Of a stretch of 64,000 bases of DNA, positions 16,545-23,607 are shown one piece after another. Positions within the stretch are counted from its first letter, which is position 1. Each line of letters starts with the position of its first letter. Under the pieces are notes generated by a model. The model saw only the letters and a program-made list of their open reading frames with translations. It did no database searches and was not told the DNA's origin. The stretch lies in the sequence record MZ574431.2; one strand, written 5' to 3'. Position numbers and translations under genes: made by a program.

Positions 16545-17045
16545 CTAGGCGTGTGGTGGGAAGTCACCCGTCAGGACGCCCGCCGTGCGCGCGTAGCAGA
16601 ACCAGTAGGAGCCGGTCCAGCGCAGCATGGCCACTTCGGGGACATGCACGGCCTCGACAAGGCGTTGATAGCCTGTGCCATCGCCCTCAGTATCCGCTTT
16701 GCCGTCCATATCCACATCAGGCTGCGAGGCCTGGGGAACCTGTAAGGTCAGAGCCGCCGAAACATCGGAGAAGACGATGCGAGGGTTTGCGACCCCGTAG
16801 TGAGGACGTGCGAAGACGACAACCTGAGAGGAGCCAAAGGCCGTATTTGTCCTCGGATAGAACTGAAGCTGAAGCTCATCGCCGACTTCCGTCGCCGGCA
16901 TGAGCGAAGCGTAGAAGGACCCTTGAAACGGTTGATCGGGATCGACTTGCTTCGTGTAGATGTCGATGATGCCGACCTCGCCATTGGCGTTCAGGATTTC
17001 GGCGGCGGCCTCGTAGACCGTGTTGATGACGATGGTTCTGGACAT
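16545..17045 (-). CDS. Hypothetical protein, paralogue B (166 aa)
   Basis: Shares PHYGVANPRIVF, (M/F)DGKAD(T/V)EGDG(T/P)GYQRL and LRWTGS(Y/F)WFCYAR blocks with 17066..17551. Confidence 0.8.
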   Translation of the reverse strand: MSRTIVINTVYEAAAEILNANGEVGIIDIYTKQVDPDQPFQGSFYASLMPATEVGDELQLQFYPRTNTAFGSSQVVVFARPHYGVANPRIVFSDVSAALTLQVPQASQPDVDMDGKADTEGDGTGYQRLVEAVHVPEVAMLRWTGSYWFCYARTAGVLTGDFPPHA

Positions 17046-17065
17046 GTGTCTGGTTACCCTAGGCT

Positions 17066-17551
17066 TTAGAGTGAGAGGCTGTCAGTGGTCATCATGCCGA
17101 GCGAGCGGGCATAACAGAACCAGAACGAGCCCGTCCACCGAAGGAGTGCAACGAGAGGGACGCCGGGGGCTTCGCCCAAGCGCTGGTAGCCAGGACCATC
17201 ACCCTCGACGTCAGCCTTGCCGTCGAAGTCCAGGTCTTTCTGCTCTATCGCACCCGCGTACAGAGCCATAGCATCTGTGATGTTCGGCGCACGATCAGCG
17301 AAAACGATCCTCGGGTTGGCCACACCATAGTGCGGCAAGGCGAAGATCAGCACGGTAGCGAAGCTACCCTTGCTGGCGGGGAAGACCTGAACCTGGAGGT
17401 CGTCTCCGACCTCTCGACCGGGAGCGAGGGCGGCGTAGAGAAAGCCACCACCGATTTCAGGAATGATGTTGATCACCCCTTTGAGGCCGTTGGGATTTAT
17501 CGGCTCAGCTAATTGCCGTTCGGTGGCGCGCACCAGCACGTTCATCGCCAT
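17066..17551 (-). CDS. Hypothetical protein, paralogue A (161 aa, start MAMNV)
   Basis: AAGGA RBS before ATG 17551; homology to the neighbour begins after this start; the longer 17821 start crosses a terminator. Confidence 0.8.
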   Translation of the reverse strand: MAMNVLVRATERQLAEPINPNGLKGVINIIPEIGGGFLYAALAPGREVGDDLQVQVFPASKGSFATVLIFALPHYGVANPRIVFADRAPNITDAMALYAGAIEQKDLDFDGKADVEGDGPGYQRLGEAPGVPLVALLRWTGSFWFCYARSLGMMTTDSLSL

Positions 17552-17671
17552 CGGGAGTCTATCCTTAGGAAGGCCGGCCCAGCGCCGGCAAAGCTCCCTA
17601 CCCGATCTAGGAACACCGATCGACCCAAGATCGCAAACTATCCACAGCAACTTTTGCGACAGTCTAACGAC

Positions 17672-17700
17672 AAAAAGAAAGGCTCCCGAAGGAGCCTTCC
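17672..17700 (-). terminator. Intrinsic terminator (minus strand)
   Basis: AAGGCTCC-TTCG-GGAGCCTT-TCTTTTT on minus strand. Confidence 0.85.
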
Positions 17701-17703
17701 AAA

Positions 17704-18060
17704 TCACGCCATCGCTGCGTTGCGTTTCCCGCGCTGCTTTTCCAACGCGGCCTCCATCGACTGCCAAACGAGCCGAGGCCGCCACGGCTCCTCGTTGTAA
17801 GGCGTGTCCAGGTAGCACCACCCCTCGCTAGGGGTCGCCAGGATCGGAAGACCTTCGAAGTCTTCGTCCTGCTGCTCCTCGGGGGTCAAACGCCGCGTCG
17901 ACCAACGCAACCCGCCGCTCGGCAGTTTGGCGAATTCCAGGCCGCTAGGATCGCGGTCCTCGTCGAGGATGTCGAAGAGTTCGGTGAGGTCCTGGGCATT
18001 GACCAGGAAGGCCTCGGTCTGTTCGTCGGGATCGATCGCCCGCACGAGATAGAGCGCCAT
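17704..18060 (-). CDS. Acidic hypothetical protein (118 aa, start MALYLV)
   Basis: GGAG RBS, GC3-rich codons, bracketed by two near-identical terminators. Confidence 0.75.
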   Translation of the reverse strand: MALYLVRAIDPDEQTEAFLVNAQDLTELFDILDEDRDPSGLEFAKLPSGGLRWSTRRLTPEEQQDEDFEGLPILATPSEGWCYLDTPYNEEPWRPRLVWQSMEAALEKQRGKRNAAMA

Positions 18061-18147
18061 GGGTGTCTCCTTTGTAGGCAAAGCCAAGGTGGGAGACAAG
18101 GACCGGGTTGTCCAGGCACTATAGTGCTGAAAAGAGGTCCAGACACG

Positions 18148-18173
18148 AAAAAGGGCTCCCGAAGGAGCCCCTT
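18148..18173 (-). terminator. Intrinsic terminator ending the large ncRNA
   Basis: GGGCTCC-TTCG-GGAGCCC-TTTTT on minus strand. Confidence 0.85.
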
Positions 18174-18174
18174 G

Positions 18175-19016
18175 CGTAGGGTTCAAAGGCTTGAGACACT
18201 AGGGCCTTCACGACGAGACCTCAGGGATTATCCTTGTTCAGGTTCCCCTGGGTGTCCAGGAGCCTTTCGGCTTCTCTGTCCCGCCAACGACGGTCATTTT
18301 AGGTCCACCACAGACCGTCCTGATGTACTACTCAGCCTCTCCACTACCATCAAAGGCTGGCCGGCCCTCAAAGGAAGCTTCCTGACACTCGTTACGACAC
18401 CTTGCGAGGTCCCGCAACGTCCCTGCTAAGCCGAAGCCCAGGGAACGTAGTCGTCTATTGCACACCAGCGGCCAGACTTTCGCTTTTGCTTCGTCAGCCA
18501 AATGATGATTGGAGGTTGGTTTACGCCCCCAGCTTGCCTTCCCTAGTGACGACGTGCTGTCCAGAGCTTCGTGGCTTTTGGCCACAAAATACTCGACGCC
18601 GTCCTGATCCCTAGATGGGACCGATCTGATCCGATTACCCCTCCAGGTGCTTTTCACACCCAGCTTGGAACCCAGAACAAATTGGGTCTCGCCCTAAGCC
18701 GGTATCACTCCGACCTCGAACTGTCGCAGATAGCTGTCGCTGATCCGCCCCCTACACCTGAATCCTCGTCCACTCGGTCGTTTGAGTTGACATGTCCGGT
18801 GGTTCTCAGGCCACACCAGAGCGTCTCACGACGCCTTTCGAACACATCACGACCTCATCGACTATCCTCCACCCCCGCTTTTAACGGGCTATGAAGGACG
18901 GGCTGGTTAGACCCGGTCTTCGATGCCTGCTTGAGTGGTCCCGGTTGCCCAGGCGACGAGGGGTAGGTCCCCCGCCCAGCCTCCGAGTTGCCCCGGCGGC
19001 CCCGCTCTCAAGCGAT
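18175..19016 (-). ncRNA. Large ornate ncRNA candidate (GOLLD/ROOL class), ~840-870 nt
   Basis: Bounded by a minus-strand promoter and terminator; no ORF with the phage codon bias; many minus-strand GNRA/UUCG-capped hairpins and long-range helices. Confidence 0.75.
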
Positions 19017-19022
19017 GACTGG

Positions 19023-19051
19023 GTTGTAGACGGACGATTTCCGGCGGTCAA
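19023..19051 (-). promoter_or_regulatory. Promoter of the large ncRNA
   Basis: Minus strand TTGACC-N17-TACAAC. Confidence 0.75.
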
Positions 19052-19094
19052 CAGCCAAATCGCACTTTTTTCGAAAAAGTTTCGATCGGCGTCG

Positions 19095-19137
19095 CGATGA
19101 CGCGTTTCTTGACCCGCCCTTCGCGATCAGGCAGAAC
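19095..19137 (+). promoter_or_regulatory. Divergent promoter with phage motif
   Basis: GATGACGCGTTTC-TTGACC(19109-14)-N17-CAGAAC. Confidence 0.6.
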
Positions 19138-19139
19138 CA

Positions 19140-19473
19140 TCGGCGAGGGCGCCACGCGTAGTGGAAGAATCCGTGATCCCGCCCAAGGCGACGCCGCGTA
19201 TCGACCTACGGTCATGCGCAATAGGCCGACCCTAAGCCGCATCGCGTCGACTACCTGCATGCTCCAGGCACTGAGCAAATCCCGGTCCGGCGGACATCCC
19301 ACGAAGCTGGTGGAGATAACCGGAGGTTACCGTTCCTGTGGAGCGGATGGAAGGAAGGGTCTCAGTCGAGCCCTGGTAGGCCGTCCAGCCAGTAGCGCTG
19401 CTGTCTGGGTCCGGGACCGCCCAATCGACGACTCGCGAAAAGAGCCCGGCTGGTTTCGCGGCTGGCCGGGCTC
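19140..19473 (+). ncRNA. Candidate structured ncRNA divergent from the large ncRNA
   Basis: ~330 nt after a promoter; TCCCGG/CCGGGA and CGGAC/GTCTG long-range helices enclose several hairpins; terminal GAGCCCGGC/GCCGGGCTC stem. Confidence 0.5.
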
Positions 19474-19494
19474 ACTAACCGCTTGAGAACCCTC

Positions 19495-19818
19495 ATGATC
19501 GACAACACCTTCATCCAGGCCGACGGCCCGCTCTATCTGACGCTGGAAGCGGCCCTGGAGGCGCCCGGCGCGATCTACACCCACGTCAAGAAGGGCGGCA
19601 TCTATCGCCGTATGGGTGAGGCCAAGTACGCCGGCGACGCGGCGGCCCAGACGCTGGAAGGCGTGATGATGGCCGTCTATGAGCACCTCTACCCATACGC
19701 GCACTCCTTCTTTGTGCGTCCTCAAAGTGAGTTTGTCGAGGTCGTGCGGACCCAGCATGGCGAGCACCGCCGTTTCGTCTTTCACACCAATGAGATACTG
19801 ACCGTTCTCGACACTTGA
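19495..19818 (+). CDS. DUF1653-like small protein (107 aa)
   Basis: IYTHVKKGGIY...VYEHLY...FFVRPQSEF...RRF matches the YxHxKG..Y / VY..LY / xVRP..F / RF pattern of DUF1653. Confidence 0.65.
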   Translation: MIDNTFIQADGPLYLTLEAALEAPGAIYTHVKKGGIYRRMGEAKYAGDAAAQTLEGVMMAVYEHLYPYAHSFFVRPQSEFVEVVRTQHGEHRRFVFHTNEILTVLDT

Positions 19819-19920
19819 GGGTACGTGAGACCCCATACCGTGCCCTGCGGCATGGTGACGCAATCCTTGACTTGGCCTACGATCTAGGGTAGAGACGAGA
19901 CCCTCTCTCCCAAGGAAATC

Positions 19921-21645
19921 GTGATGCTCAAGCCGCAAGCCTCTTCGCGGCGCGCGCGCCTCGCGCCCGCGTCGATCCCCATCATTCCGGCTGACATCGC
20001 CCTGGTCGGCGCGGTCATCCCCGCCGGCAGTCCGGCCGGGACCCTGGTCGGCACGCTGAGCGCGCTACCGGCCGCCGGCGACTACGAGTTCACCCTACTC
20101 GACAGCGCGGGCGGGCGCTTTGCCATTCAGGGCTCGGCCCTGGTCGCGGGCGCCACGCCTTCGGCCGGTGGGGAGAACCCGACGATTACCGTGCGCACCA
20201 CGGCGGCGTTCTCGCGACTGACGTTCGACAAGACCTTCTCGATCGCTGTCCAGACCGTCGTCGCCCCGATCACGCTGTCGCCGACCAATCCGACCGTCGC
20301 CGAGAACACTGCTGCCGGCGTGACGGTCGCGTCGATTTCCTCGCCCGGCGCGACCTTGAGCCTGACCGACAATGCCGGCGGCCGGTTCGCCATCAGCGGG
20401 ACCAATCTGGTCACCGGCGCGACGGCGACCAACTATGAGGTGGCCACCAGCCACGATGTGACCATCCGCGCCGAGTATAACGGCGATGTGACGACCAAGA
20501 CCGTGACGGTCCAGGTCTCCAACGTCGTCGAGATCACCAATATCACCCTGGCCGCCAGCAGCATCCCCGAGAACTCGGCCGCCGGCGTGGTCGTCGGGCA
20601 ACTGGCCTCGGTCCCGCCCGGTGCGGCCCTGACCCTGACCGACAGCGCCGGCAGCCGCTTTGCCATCGACGGCAGCAACCGTCTCGTGGCTGGCTCGGTC
20701 GCCACGGACTACGAGACCAACACCACACACGACGTCTCCGTGCGCGCCACCCAAGGCCCCGACGTCTACAACAAGACCTTCACCATCAGCGTCACCAACG
20801 TCAATGAACTGACCGACATCACCCTGTCGGCCAATTCGATCGCCGAGAACTCGGCCGCTGGCGTCGTGGTCGGCAACCTCGCCAGCGTGATCCCCGGCGC
20901 CTCGTTCGCTGTGACCGGCCAGACGCCGTCAGGGACCTACTTCACCGTCAACGGCTCCAACCAGCTTGTGACTGGGGCGACGGCGACCAACTTCGAAGTC
21001 AATGCCAGCCACTCGGTCACCGTCACCGCGACCAAGGGCACCGACACCTTCCAAAAGACCTTCACGATCAACGTCAGCAACCAGACCGAGATCACCGACA
21101 TCAGCCTGAGCAACGCCAGTATCAACGAAGGTGTCGCCCAGGGCACCGCCGTCGGCACCCTGTCGTCGACCCCGACGGGCGCGACCTTCTCCTTGGCGCC
21201 AACCAACCCTGCGGGCACGCGCTTCCAGGTCTCGGGCACGACGCTGCAACAAGGCGCGACGCCGAACGATCGCGAAGCCACGCCGACCGTGACGGTGAAG
21301 ATTCGCGGCACGCGCCAGAGCGAAACCTTCGACAAGGATTTCGTCATCACCATCAACAACGTCGTCGAACTGACCGACTTCACGCTGTCGGGCCTGACGA
21401 TCGACGAGAACGCCGTCCAGGGCACTCCGGTGGGGACGCTGTCGTCGACCCCGACGGGCGCGACCTACACCCTGAACGACAATGCCGGCGGGCGCTTCCA
21501 GCTTGTCGCCGGCGCCATCCAGGCCGGCGCGGTGGCGACCGACTTCGATACCGCCACCAGCCACGACATCATCGTCACAGCCTCCCGAGGCGGCGAGACG
21601 ATGCAGAAGACCTTCACGATCACGGTCAACGACCTCGGCGACTAG
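19921..21645 (+). CDS. Cadherin-like repeat protein (574 aa), probable virion decoration/adhesin
   Basis: Five to six ~95-aa repeats: ITLS..SI.EN...G..VG.L....DNAGGRF......L......(N/D)(Y/F)E....HD(V/I)T.....FDKTFTI.V.NV; own promoter (TTGACT 19867) and terminator. Confidence 0.85.
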   Translation: MMLKPQASSRRARLAPASIPIIPADIALVGAVIPAGSPAGTLVGTLSALPAAGDYEFTLLDSAGGRFAIQGSALVAGATPSAGGENPTITVRTTAAFSRLTFDKTFSIAVQTVVAPITLSPTNPTVAENTAAGVTVASISSPGATLSLTDNAGGRFAISGTNLVTGATATNYEVATSHDVTIRAEYNGDVTTKTVTVQVSNVVEITNITLAASSIPENSAAGVVVGQLASVPPGAALTLTDSAGSRFAIDGSNRLVAGSVATDYETNTTHDVSVRATQGPDVYNKTFTISVTNVNELTDITLSANSIAENSAAGVVVGNLASVIPGASFAVTGQTPSGTYFTVNGSNQLVTGATATNFEVNASHSVTVTATKGTDTFQKTFTINVSNQTEITDISLSNASINEGVAQGTAVGTLSSTPTGATFSLAPTNPAGTRFQVSGTTLQQGATPNDREATPTVTVKIRGTRQSETFDKDFVITINNVVELTDFTLSGLTIDENAVQGTPVGTLSSTPTGATYTLNDNAGGRFQLVAGAIQAGAVATDFDTATSHDIIVTASRGGETMQKTFTITVNDLGD

Positions 21646-21648
21646 CAG

Positions 21649-21674
21649 AAAGCCCGGCTCCGGCCGGGCTTTTT
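21649..21674 (+). terminator. Intrinsic terminator
   Basis: AAAGCCCGGC-TCCG-GCCGGGCTTTTT. Confidence 0.85.
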
Positions 21675-21749
21675 CGTTGACGGCGTCATTGCGCCGCTTA
21701 TGGTGGCCTCACGGCGGAGAGATCGCGCCGTTCAGAAGGAGAAACCACC

Positions 21750-22283
21750 ATGACCATGATCGTCAAGATCATGACGGGCCATGACCTGCCCGACGATTCC
21801 CCCTACAAGACCTTCACCCTGGTGTCCGAAGTCAAGAGCGCGACATTCCACACCCAGGAAGACAGTGAGGGCCGGCGCCACTCCTACATGCGCGCCTACA
21901 TCGCTGATCCGGTCAAGACCGCCGAGGTCCCCGGTTTCAGCGAGCACGAAGTGGTCTATGACATCCCGCCCAACGTCAACGTCTACGTGATGAACGGCAA
22001 CGGCAAGACCATCTCGTCCTGGACCGCGCCGCCCGTGGCCGAGGGAAAGTTCACCTTTTCCGCTTCGGCGCCGATCAAATTTGTCGACGTCAGCCGTGAC
22101 ACCCTCTACGGGCGCATGGAAGCCTACTGCAAATATCGGGCAAATGGGTTCACCGCGATCAAGGCTGCCCTGGCCAGCGGCTTTCCTGATCCGACCAAGG
22201 TGATCGACGCGCTGGAAGCCGACCCACTCCTCATCTCCAGGATCGAGGAACTTTCGGCCCAGGCGTCCACCTCGACGACCTAG
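21750..22283 (+). CDS. Hypothetical protein (177 aa)
   Basis: AAGGAG RBS, typical codon bias. Confidence 0.75.
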   Translation: MTMIVKIMTGHDLPDDSPYKTFTLVSEVKSATFHTQEDSEGRRHSYMRAYIADPVKTAEVPGFSEHEVVYDIPPNVNVYVMNGNGKTISSWTAPPVAEGKFTFSASAPIKFVDVSRDTLYGRMEAYCKYRANGFTAIKAALASGFPDPTKVIDALEADPLLISRIEELSAQASTSTT

Positions 22284-22309
22284 GCCGGACGGGCCTGTCG
22301 AAAAACACG

Positions 22310-22357
22310 CGTCACGATGTCGTATTTCTTGACAGGCCCAAAAGCCTCCTGTATAAG
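22310..22357 (+). promoter_or_regulatory. Promoter of tRNA operon 3
   Basis: GATGTCGTATTTC-TTGACA-N17-TATAAG; predicted TSS at or next to leader ATG 22365 (leaderless). Confidence 0.8.
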
Positions 22358-22364
22358 CCCCGTT

Positions 22365-22463
22365 ATGAGCAAGTCGTATCGTCAATTTGTGCGCCAGATT
22401 CAGTTCGTCCGAGTTAATCGGGCGGGCCGTTCGCGCATGGATGATGGTGGGACCCGAGTGTAG
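22365..22463 (+). CDS. Leader peptide of tRNA operon 3 (MSKSYRQFVRQIQFVRVNRAGRSRMDDGGTRV)
   Basis: Codons 5-18 are all read by the eight downstream tRNAs; antiterminator segment begins immediately after. Confidence 0.75.
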   Translation: MSKSYRQFVRQIQFVRVNRAGRSRMDDGGTRV

Positions 22464-22535
22464 GGTCCAAAGACCTCTCAATCCATTTCTGCGAAGGCCC
22501 GCCCAGGTAACCCCTCGGCGGGCCTTCTGCGTTTT
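22420..22535 (+). promoter_or_regulatory. Attenuator: antiterminator/terminator of tRNA operon 3
   Basis: Terminator GAAGGCCCGCC(22493-503)/GGCGGGCCTTC(22517-27)+TGCGTTTT; competing helix GGGCGGGCC(22420-28)/GGCCCGCCC(22496-504), extended by ATGGAT/ATCCAT. Confidence 0.8.
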
Positions 22536-22591
22536 CACCCTTCGTTTTCATCCGGTAGCGAGCGAGATCATGACCGGAAACTAACCCCTTC

Positions 22592-22681
22592 GGGTCGGCA
22601 GGTGGGCACTGGCATGAGCCCAAGGGACTGTAACTCCCCCGTCGAAAGGCTGTGTAGGTTCGAGTCCTACCCGACCCACCA
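22592..22681 (+). tRNA. tRNA-Tyr(GTA), atypical acceptor/D-arm junction
   Basis: GGGTCGG/CCGACCC acceptor, GGGA-CTGTAAC-TCCC arm, V-arm, A73, CCA; 5-nt linker CAGGT before D-stem. Confidence 0.85.
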
Positions 22682-22714
22682 TTCTTCCGTGGAGCCCGAG
22701 TAAACGGCCTCTGC

Positions 22715-22786
22715 GCTTCAGTAGCTCAGTGGTAGAGCGCCGTCTTGACATGGCGGAGGTCGAAGGTTCGAACCCTTCCTGAAGCA
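22715..22786 (+). tRNA. tRNA-Val(GAC), no encoded CCA
   Basis: GCTTCAG/CTGAAGC acceptor, CCGTC-TTGACAT-GGCGG arm; abuts tRNA-Ile. Confidence 0.9.
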
Positions 22787-22787
22787 C

Positions 22788-22863
22788 GCTAGGTTAGCTC
22801 AGTTGGTAGAGCACCGGACCGATAATCCGGTTGTCACAGGTTCGAGCCCTGTACCTAGCACCA
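22788..22863 (+). tRNA. tRNA-Ile(GAT)
   Basis: GCTAGGT/ACCTAGC acceptor, CCGGA-CCGATAA-TCCGG arm (C33), CCA. Confidence 0.92.
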
Positions 22864-22978
22864 AACACTTATACGCTTTACCGTATAAAGTAAAAATATA
22901 CGATCTAGCGTATAAAATGACTTGAACTTACCGAATTCGGTAAATAAAAAGAGGTGAACAGAGGAAAGGACAAGTAAC

Positions 22979-23053
22979 GGGCCGGTAGCTCAGTGGTAGA
23001 GCGCTGCTGTCACATAGCAGATGTCGAGTGTTCGAGACACTCCCGGCCCACCA
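22979..23053 (+). tRNA. tRNA-Val(CAC)
   Basis: GGGCCGG/CCGGCCC acceptor, CTGCT-GTCACAT-AGCAG arm (G32), CCA. Confidence 0.92.
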
Positions 23054-23060
23054 GTTCAGT

Positions 23061-23134
23061 TGAAGCATGGTGTAATGGTAGCACATCAGAGTTTGGTTCT
23101 GGGAGTCTAGGTTCGAGTCCTAGTGCTTCAGCCA
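23061..23134 (+). tRNA. tRNA-Gln(TTG)
   Basis: TGAAGCA/TGCTTCA acceptor (U1:A72), TCAGA-GTTTGGT-TCTGG arm, G73, CCA. Confidence 0.92.
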
Positions 23135-23188
23135 ACTGAAAGAGTTTCAGGTCTCATGTGACGAGATCAGGAGAGAGAAGGCGAGTTT

Positions 23189-23263
23189 TTCCGAGTAGCT
23201 CAGCGGTAGAGCAGCGTGCTGTTAACACGACGGTCGGTGGTTCGATCCCACCCTCGGGAGCCA
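23189..23263 (+). tRNA. tRNA-Asn(GTT)
   Basis: TTCCGAG/CTCGGGA acceptor, CTGTTAA loop, G73, CCA. Confidence 0.93.
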
Positions 23264-23278
23264 TTACTTCTTCTCCAC

Positions 23279-23357
23279 GCCCGGTTAGCTCAGCGGAATT
23301 AAGAGCAGACGCCTACGAAGCGTAAGGTCGGGGGTTCGAATCCCTCACCGGGTGCCA
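23279..23357 (+). tRNA. tRNA-Arg(ACG)
   Basis: GCCCGGT/ACCGGGT acceptor, CTACGAA loop, CCA. Confidence 0.93.
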
Positions 23358-23386
23358 TTTTCACGTATGCAGTGCTTCGGCCCTGC

Positions 23387-23461
23387 GGGGATGTAGCTCA
23401 GTGGTAGAGCGGGAGACTGAAAATCTCCGCGTCGGTGGTTCGACCCCACCCTTCCCCACCA
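23387..23461 (+). tRNA. tRNA-Phe(GAA)
   Basis: GGGGATG/CTTCCCC acceptor, GGAGA-CTGAAAA-TCTCC arm, CCA. Confidence 0.93.
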
Positions 23462-23480
23462 GTTCTCGGTGACCGCGAGG

Positions 23481-23515
23481 CGGCCGTCAGGATGTTCGAT
23501 CCTGGCGGCCTTTTT
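23481..23515 (+). terminator. Intrinsic terminator ending tRNA operon 3
   Basis: GGCCGTCAGGA-TGTTCGA-TCCTGGCGGCC-TTTTT. Confidence 0.85.
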
Positions 23516-23607
23516 CATGCCCGTGGTTCAGTGAACGTCGGCCTCTCGACATTGAGGCGAGTTCTGGATTAGGTAAAACGTCAGGATGTATTTACGACCC
23601 ACGTCAC

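Noticed and set aside
17638-17646. DnaA-box-like CTATCCACA
   Set aside because: Single mismatched copy with no cluster; likely chance.
19270-19460. RNase P RNA (GAGCAAATCCCGG and AGAGCCCGGCT resemble its conserved regions)
   Set aside because: The two segments cannot form the P4 helix, and the GAGGAAAGUCC consensus is not met.
16545-19473. Mobile element (IS/intron) explanation for the inverted island
   Set aside because: No transposase, integrase or homing endonuclease, no terminal inverted repeats, and no interrupted host gene.
18124-19486. Short ORFs across the 18.2-19.5 kb region
   Set aside because: No RBS, atypical codon usage, one starts inside a promoter motif; better explained as structured RNA.
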